From the NCBI GenBank assembly GCA_035548055.1, contig DASZTL010000061.1, positions 26,827 through 90,826 on the forward strand: a stretch of 64,000 bases of DNA, written 5' to 3'. The stretch is from Mycobacteriales bacterium. GTDB lineage: Bacteria; Actinomycetota; Actinomycetes; JAFAQI01. The first letter of the stretch is position 1; each line of letters starts with the position of its first letter. Below are positions 58,817-64,000 of the stretch, piece after piece. The translations under genes and the position numbers were made by a program. The notes under the pieces were generated by a model. It was not told where the DNA came from. It worked only from the letters and a program-made list of their open reading frames with translations, and did no database searches.

Positions 58817-60085
58817 TCAGCGTGCCCACCCTTCGCGTTCGCGCTGCGCCTGGCCCCGCGGATCGGCGCGCAGGTTGAGGAAGCCCGCACCGGTGAGGAG
58901 CCGACTAGGGCTCGGATGCGCCGACCGTTCGTCGTTTGCGGGCCAAGTGTTGAGAAGAGCAACCCGCCGGGCGATCACGCCGTTGTACATGCCAATCGCC
59001 CGCCGCATCACGTCGGCCACTTCCGCGGGCGTGGGCGCCATCGCTGGGTCGGCCACCTCAGCGCCAACCGCTTCGGCGAGGAGCACTCGCAGGCCGCACT
59101 GCCTGAACTCCCATTCGTCGATCGTGCGGTCACCTTGCCCGGCAGGAGCCGCTGCTGCCTGCCTATCCAGTGAGAGGACAAGACCGAGCGTGGCGAGAGC
59201 GAGAACCGACGCCGCCGCGCTCTGCAACGGAGTCCAGCCGTTGCCTCGCTGCGCGAAAATCGAGCACGCCGTCGCGGCAAAGACGTCGCATGTGAGTTCG
59301 GTGAGCAGCCTGCGATCCCGAGCCGCGACGGCAGCGAGATCGGGCAGGACAGGCACCACCTTCCCAGCCGCGAGCTCCGGCTGAGAATCGAACCTCGGGG
59401 CGTACCACCAACTGTCTGGTTCCACGCCCGCGTGATGCCGCCCGTAGGTCGTCGGGCGTTCTCGCCCGATGTCATGTGCGGAGGCCAACGCCGGGTCGGT
59501 CTCGGAGAGGTTGCTCGCCGTCCGAAGCCGATCCAACACCTGTTCGCGAAGGCGATCGAAGGAGGCCGGATCAGCAGCTTCTAGGTAGTGCAACAGCTCG
59601 TGGGCGACTGCGAACTGCTCCTGCATCGCCACGCCTACCCAGGTCTCGAATGCGCTCTCAGCGTCCTCGATGTAGTCGCGAACGCGGTGCACCCGAAGAA
59701 TCTGATCTGCGTGCGCGGCGAGGACAACCGCCGTGCCGAGGTACCCCCCACAGACACGCCGCACTGCAGCGATTCGAAGCAACAGTGCGTCGATCACCTG
59801 CTCATGTTGTGGGTCATTGAGGACTTTGAAGGTCTGCGAGAACAAGGTCCCCAGGCCAGCGTCATAGACCAGTTGCGTGGCGCCGCTGTGCTGCAGGAGT
59901 GCGGGTAGGGCACGAGCGGTGTGCACGACGGAACTAGGCGGCTCCGGTGCGCCGCTTCCGGAGAACTTCTTGATGGTCGGCCAGAGCATCCGGACGTTTC
60001 GCTCGAGATCCTGCCGGCTTCTGAGCGATAAGTCTCTCTCGGCGTCGGTGCCCCACGTCGTCTCGATCAACTCACGGATCGACAT
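58817..60085 (-). CDS. HExxH zincin-like metallopeptidase (M48/Lit/ImmA-like motif layout)
   Basis: FAVAHELLHYL (59588-59602) and downstream ELTCDVFA (ExxxD); start ATG 60085 or 60112. Confidence 0.7.
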   Translation of the reverse strand: MSIRELIETTWGTDAERDLSLRSRQDLERNVRMLWPTIKKFSGSGAPEPPSSVVHTARALPALLQHSGATQLVYDAGLGTLFSQTFKVLNDPQHEQVIDALLLRIAAVRRVCGGYLGTAVVLAAHADQILRVHRVRDYIEDAESAFETWVGVAMQEQFAVAHELLHYLEAADPASFDRLREQVLDRLRTASNLSETDPALASAHDIGRERPTTYGRHHAGVEPDSWWYAPRFDSQPELAAGKVVPVLPDLAAVAARDRRLLTELTCDVFAATACSIFAQRGNGWTPLQSAAASVLALATLGLVLSLDRQAAAAPAGQGDRTIDEWEFRQCGLRVLLAEAVGAEVADPAMAPTPAEVADVMRRAIGMYNGVIARRVALLNTWPANDERSAHPSPSRLLTGAGFLNLRADPRGQAQREREGWAR

Positions 60086-60095
60086 CGGATGCGGG

Positions 60096-60401
60096 TTAGT
60101 CAGCCTGGCCAAGCGCAGCTATCACTCGCTCTACGGCCTCGACATCCGCGCCGACGATCTCCATGCCGTCGACGGTTACGCGGAAGTTCTTCTTGACCGA
60201 GGCGCGCTCCCGCAACCAGACCTCGACGACTCGTAGCGCGCCACCGCCCCCGCCTAGTGCGACCACTAGTTGGACGGCCGTTTGACCATCGAATGGCCGC
60301 ACCTCGACCGGGTCGAAGCTCGGCAGCCCAAGGGCAACTGACAGATCTTCAAGGTCAGAACGGTCTTCGGCGGGAACACCGACAGCGATCTTCGGAGGCA
60401 T
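60096..60401 (-). CDS. Small protein resembling effector-associated constant component EACC1
   Basis: VQLVVALGGGGGALRVVEVWLRER...FRVTVDGMEI: Gly-rich hydrophobic hairpin, WL.R, then beta strands with DG. Confidence 0.6.
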   Translation of the reverse strand: MPPKIAVGVPAEDRSDLEDLSVALGLPSFDPVEVRPFDGQTAVQLVVALGGGGGALRVVEVWLRERASVKKNFRVTVDGMEIVGADVEAVERVIAALGQAD

Positions 60402-60488
60402 GCCCGATCCTTGCATGGCATGGCTCCGGGCTGGATGACAATGAGGCGTACGGCGCCGGCCGGCGTCTACCGCCGTGTGGTGCGACAG

Positions 60489-61271
60489 TTACGTCGTTCG
60501 GCTCTCGGCAGCCGCGGACACGCCGTAGAACGTGGCTCGAGCCGAGTCGACACGCGCGCGGGCCTCGCGGACCAGATCGAAGTCATGCTCGTTGGGGGGC
60601 ATGTCGCGCACCGGGTGCATCACGCGATTGCGGACGTCGTTGACCTCCTGGATCTCGCTCTTGAAGGCCTTGCCACTGCTGGCGCGGAGGAGCGAAGAGA
60701 AGAGCGCCCAGCGCTTCTCCACGATGATTCCGGTCTCGATGAGGGTGAGGCAGTACCAGGGGTCGTAGCCATCGCGGGCGAGGCCCTCTGCGCGCATCGC
60801 GCCGTCCTTTCGGATGGCCTCGTCGACGCCCTTGAACCACCACGCCCTGGCGTCGGTTCCGTACTCACGCTCAAGCACGTGGCGAACAAGGCGGTGGAGG
60901 TCGACTTCGAACCCGCGCAGCTCCTCGTAGAGGTCTCCGTAGTAGCGACTGGCGGGCCCGTACCGCAAGCAGACCTGTATGTCGCCGGCGTCCTCATGCG
61001 GCAAGGCGTCTTCGAAGGGACGGGCGTGGACGTAGCCGTCGTAGGCGTCCCGGCGTAACTTGAAGCCGCGTTCGTCCTTGACCTTCTCCACCAGCTCGCG
61101 CGTGCCGCTGGGTATCGAGAAGTAAATGTCGCTACGCCGGATCAAGCCTTTGCCGACAGCACGGTCGAGGTAGTCGAGAACCGTGCTGAGCGAGACGCCC
61201 CTTGCGTGCGCTGCCTCTCTCGGCAGGTTCCCAGCCCGCAGCAGTCTTGCGCATTCGTCGGCCGCAGCCAT
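60489..61271 (-). CDS. HTH plus Swt1-like HEPN domain protein (putative RNase)
   Basis: N-terminal GNLPREAAHARGVSLSTVLDYL HTH; ELRGFEVDLHRLVRHVLEREYG...WW; RNRVMH (Rx4H) at 60615-60632; GGAGG RBS. Confidence 0.78.
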   Translation of the reverse strand: MAAADECARLLRAGNLPREAAHARGVSLSTVLDYLDRAVGKGLIRRSDIYFSIPSGTRELVEKVKDERGFKLRRDAYDGYVHARPFEDALPHEDAGDIQVCLRYGPASRYYGDLYEELRGFEVDLHRLVRHVLEREYGTDARAWWFKGVDEAIRKDGAMRAEGLARDGYDPWYCLTLIETGIIVEKRWALFSSLLRASSGKAFKSEIQEVNDVRNRVMHPVRDMPPNEHDFDLVREARARVDSARATFYGVSAAAESRTT

Positions 61272-61387
61272 CCGTCCTCCGGGCGCATCGGTTCCGCGTT
61301 TCGGCGTTCAGCCTCTCATCTCTTCTGGGCACGGAAGGTCGTAACGGATCTCGCTCGCGAAGTGCCGCACGCGGGATACTGGCCTTC

Positions 61388-62329
61388 ATGTGGCGATCGC
61401 GTGAGGTGAACCATCCGGAACCGGATGAGTCGCCGCCGAGGGCGGTGCTGTATAGCGAGTACGTCAGGCGCAAGCCTTCCAAGCCTCGGCCGGTCGACAG
61501 CGCCGGGCAGGTCATCCCAATCGCCTTGCTTGACCTGGTTGACCCACTCGACCGGGAGGCGAGGAACCGACTCGTTCTTGCGCTTGAGCAACATCAGCCC
61601 AACGTCGTGGTGACCGACGGAAGGTTCAACCACATCACTGACGTGATGGCCCAGATCGCGATCGAGCACATGGTGAACGCTCGGGCCGACTTGTCACTTC
61701 GCAGTCGCTACCCATCGAGATCGCCCTACCAAGCGTTGGCGGCGATGATTCTTGACCCCGAAGTGCCGCTGGCGTTGGACGCCGTCGGTGCCTGGGTGGA
61801 CTCCTACGCGCGGCTTCCCGGTACATCGTGGCAGCGGGACAAGGAGGCAGGCTTTCTGGCGGCAGTCGACGCAGCCCTGTCCGGCACCATCTTCGCCGTC
61901 CGCGGCCGCGAAATCGTGCTCCGGGAGGATCTTGGCGCCTCGGTCCTGGTCGACACACCGATGGCGGCGTTGCTCACTGCCAACCCCGCCCTACGAGGTG
62001 TTGACGCGAAGCTTCGCGAGGCACTGGCGGAGCTTGATGCCGGCCAAGCAGGCGACGCGGTTACCGACGCTGGCACGGCACTGCAGATGCTGTTGGATCA
62101 CCTTGGGTTCCAGGGCACCCAGCTGGGCGATCAGATAAAGGCGGCGCGCAACGCGGGCTGGCTCGCTGGCATCGACACGCCGCTGGCGACGGCGGTCGAG
62201 AGTATCGCCGCCTGGGTGGCGTCGGTACGCAATCAACGCGGCGATGCACACCACGGTCCACCGCCCGATCTTCGGGATGCGGAACTTGTGGTGCGGGTCG
62301 TCGGTTTGCTGACCCTGCGGTTCGGCTAA
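61388..62329 (+). CDS. Abortive-infection C-terminal (Abi_C, HEPN-like) domain protein
   Basis: EALAELDAGQAGDAVTDAGTAL...VRNQRGDAHHG (Rx6H, 62228-62251); start uncertain (61388 or 61406). Confidence 0.7.
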   Translation: MWRSREVNHPEPDESPPRAVLYSEYVRRKPSKPRPVDSAGQVIPIALLDLVDPLDREARNRLVLALEQHQPNVVVTDGRFNHITDVMAQIAIEHMVNARADLSLRSRYPSRSPYQALAAMILDPEVPLALDAVGAWVDSYARLPGTSWQRDKEAGFLAAVDAALSGTIFAVRGREIVLREDLGASVLVDTPMAALLTANPALRGVDAKLREALAELDAGQAGDAVTDAGTALQMLLDHLGFQGTQLGDQIKAARNAGWLAGIDTPLATAVESIAAWVASVRNQRGDAHHGPPPDLRDAELVVRVVGLLTLRFG

Positions 62330-62339
62330 TCGGTGGTCC

Positions 62340-62386
62340 TTGACGTTCCTAGGAACCTAGGTACCTTATAGGTAGTACAGGTACCC
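62340..62386 (+). promoter_or_regulatory. Promoter with overlapping palindromes upstream of the small gene and helicase
   Basis: TTGACG (62340-62345), 16 nt, TACCTT (62362-62367); palindromes GTTCCTAGGAAC (62345-62356) and AGGTACCT (62359-62366); AGGTA three times. Confidence 0.6.
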
Positions 62387-62398
62387 AGGGAGGCTGGT

Positions 62399-62815
62399 AT
62401 GGCGCGGATGATCGTGGGCGGTCGGGAGCTGGATCTGACGATGGAGGAAGTGGCCCACAAGATGCGGGGCGTGCAGCCCGAGCCGATCCGGGAACACATC
62501 GTCGAGATGTTCGGGACGGTGTACCCGCCCAAGCAGGTACTCGCGACGGTGACGGGGTGGGACCGGCAGAGCTTCACGACGATGGAGGCGCAGCGCGTCC
62601 TCAGCAAGGTTGGCTTCATTTGTCGCCGGGCTGGACACCGACCCGACGGCCACCCCGCCTTCGTCCTGCAGCAGGAGGGTGACTTCGAGCCCGAGCCCGA
62701 GCCGAACGTTGACGAGCATCGTCTTGCCGCGCTCGAGTCGGGCCTGGCAGTTGCGAATCAGGCCATCGCGAACCTGTCCGCCAGGATCGGTGCTCTAGAG
62801 GCTGCTGTCGCCTGA
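62399..62815 (+). CDS. Small protein with a YPPK...GF domain (SCO5918-like) and a C-terminal coiled coil
   Basis: LDLTMEEV...PEPI...GTVYPPKQVLATVTGWDRQSFTTMEAQRVLSKVGF; heptad tail RLAALESGLAVANQAIANLSARIGALE; GGGAGG RBS. Confidence 0.7.
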   Translation: MARMIVGGRELDLTMEEVAHKMRGVQPEPIREHIVEMFGTVYPPKQVLATVTGWDRQSFTTMEAQRVLSKVGFICRRAGHRPDGHPAFVLQQEGDFEPEPEPNVDEHRLAALESGLAVANQAIANLSARIGALEAAVA

Positions 62816-62919
62816 CGATGCCGATGCTGCCGATTGTCCACTTCGGCTGCTGATTGACGGATCTCGGCGGTAACGTTCTAGCCGATCGAAAGACGGGTGG
62901 AGGCCGATCGGGGGAAAGC

Positions 62920-64000
62920 GTGGACGTCTTCAAGATCCACGAGCACCTGATCGACGACTACCGGGCCTTCACCTCAGCCTTCGTCGAAGTCCGCGACCCA
63001 CGGATTCGCGAGTATGTCGATCGCCGCCTAGCCGATGGCATCCAGTGGCCCGACCCTTGGCTGAGCCTGAACCCAAGCTTCGAGTCCGGCGGCACAATCA
63101 CCGACCTCGTCCGAGCGGGACTCCTCGACGCCGAGTGCGAGCGGATCTTCCGCGTCAAGACCGATCGGAACGATGCCGGCGCGCCTCTTACCCTGCACCG
63201 TCACCAGCGCGACGCCGTCGAGGCTGCTCGTTCCGGCGAGTCGTACGTCCTGACCACCGGCACTGGTTCGGGGAAGTCGCTGGCCTACATCCTGCCGATC
63301 GTCGATCGCGTGCTGCGGGAGCGCGCCGCCAACGGGGGTCGCCGGGTTCCCGGAGTCAAGGCGATCGTCGTCTACCCGATGAACGCCCTGGCCAACTCCC
63401 AGATGCACGAGTTGGAAAAGTTCCTGCGGTTTGGCTACCCAGACGGAGGCGAGCCGGTCACCTTCGCTCGCTACACCGGACAGGAAGACCCAGACGACCG
63501 GCGGAAGATCCTCGCCGAACCTCCTGACATCCTGCTCACCAACTACGTGATGCTCGAGCTCGTCATGACCAGGCCCGATGAGCGGCAGCACCTGATCCGG
63601 GCCGCGAGCAACCTCCGATTCCTCGTCCTCGATGAGCTGCACACCTACCGCGGCCGGCAGGGAGCCGACGTCGCGTTGCTGATCCGCCGCCTCCGCGATG
63701 CCTGCGCGTCCGACGCGCTACAGATCGTGGGGACCTCGGCAACGATGGCTTCTGGCGGAACAGTCGCTGACCAACAGCAGGTCGTTGCCGATGTTGCGAC
63801 CCGACTGTTCGGGACGCCGGTCAGCGAACACCGAGTGATCGGTGAGACTCTCCGGCGAGCAACCACCCCTCTTGCCGCCGAGCGCGACGCACTGCGCTCC
63901 TCTGCCCTCGCCGCCGCGTCAGCAGATTCCGCAGCTCGCGGGTACGACGAGCTTGCTGCCGATCCGCTGGCCAGCTGGGTGGAGAGCACGTTCGGTCTCG
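62920..64000 (+). CDS. SF2 DEAD/DEAH-box helicase, 3'-truncated by the window edge (absent from the ORF track because no stop is in the window)
   Basis: Own translation from GTG 62920: MDVFKIHEHLIDDYRAFTSAF...HQRDA...TTGTGSGKS...VYPMNALANSQ...LTNYVMLE...VLDELHTYRGRQGADVA...GTSAT. Confidence 0.92.
   Translation, partial: MDVFKIHEHLIDDYRAFTSAFVEVRDPRIREYVDRRLADGIQWPDPWLSLNPSFESGGTITDLVRAGLLDAECERIFRVKTDRNDAGAPLTLHRHQRDAVEAARSGESYVLTTGTGSGKSLAYILPIVDRVLRERAANGGRRVPGVKAIVVYPMNALANSQMHELEKFLRFGYPDGGEPVTFARYTGQEDPDDRRKILAEPPDILLTNYVMLELVMTRPDERQHLIRAASNLRFLVLDELHTYRGRQGADVALLIRRLRDACASDALQIVGTSATMASGGTVADQQQVVADVATRLFGTPVSEHRVIGETLRRATTPLAAERDALRSSALAAASADSAARGYDELAADPLASWVESTFGL

Noticed and set aside
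58740-58830. Complete tRNA gene
   Set aside because: Only the 3' 24 nt match; the sequence that should form the variable, anticodon and D arms is unrelated
58764-64000. Integrase or transposase in the island
   Set aside because: No tyrosine/serine recombinase or DDE motifs seen in the visible part; expected at the far end

Overview
High-GC actinobacterial chromosomal segment (Actinomycetota; F420-type LLM, WS/DGAT, IdeR and actinobacterial LexA boxes, several leaderless-type promoters). Bases 1-58,700 are mostly core or accessory metabolism: pyrimidine salvage, cysG, TldD/TldE, acyl-CoA carboxylase and dehydrogenase, acs, an ECF sigma/anti-sigma pair, efeUOB, the SOS mutasome imuA-imuB-dnaE2, lysine catabolism (lat plus aldehyde dehydrogenase plus fused E1), secreted glycosidases and a sugar ABC transporter. 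Two parts stand out. (1) At 19.3-20.5 kb an AbiEi-like/Vsr-DUF559-like nuclease gene is bracketed by two 69-bp palindromic direct repeats. (2) At 58,740-58,763 a 24-nt tRNA 3' fragment (att-like) marks the edge of a probable integrated defence island. It carries an EACC1-like small protein coupled to an HExxH metallopeptidase, two divergent HEPN-motif genes, a small putative regulator behind a palindrome-rich promoter, and a DEAD/DEAH helicase that runs off the window. All family assignments come from motif recognition by eye; no database search was run. Several starts were moved from the ORF track to a more plausible downstream codon.
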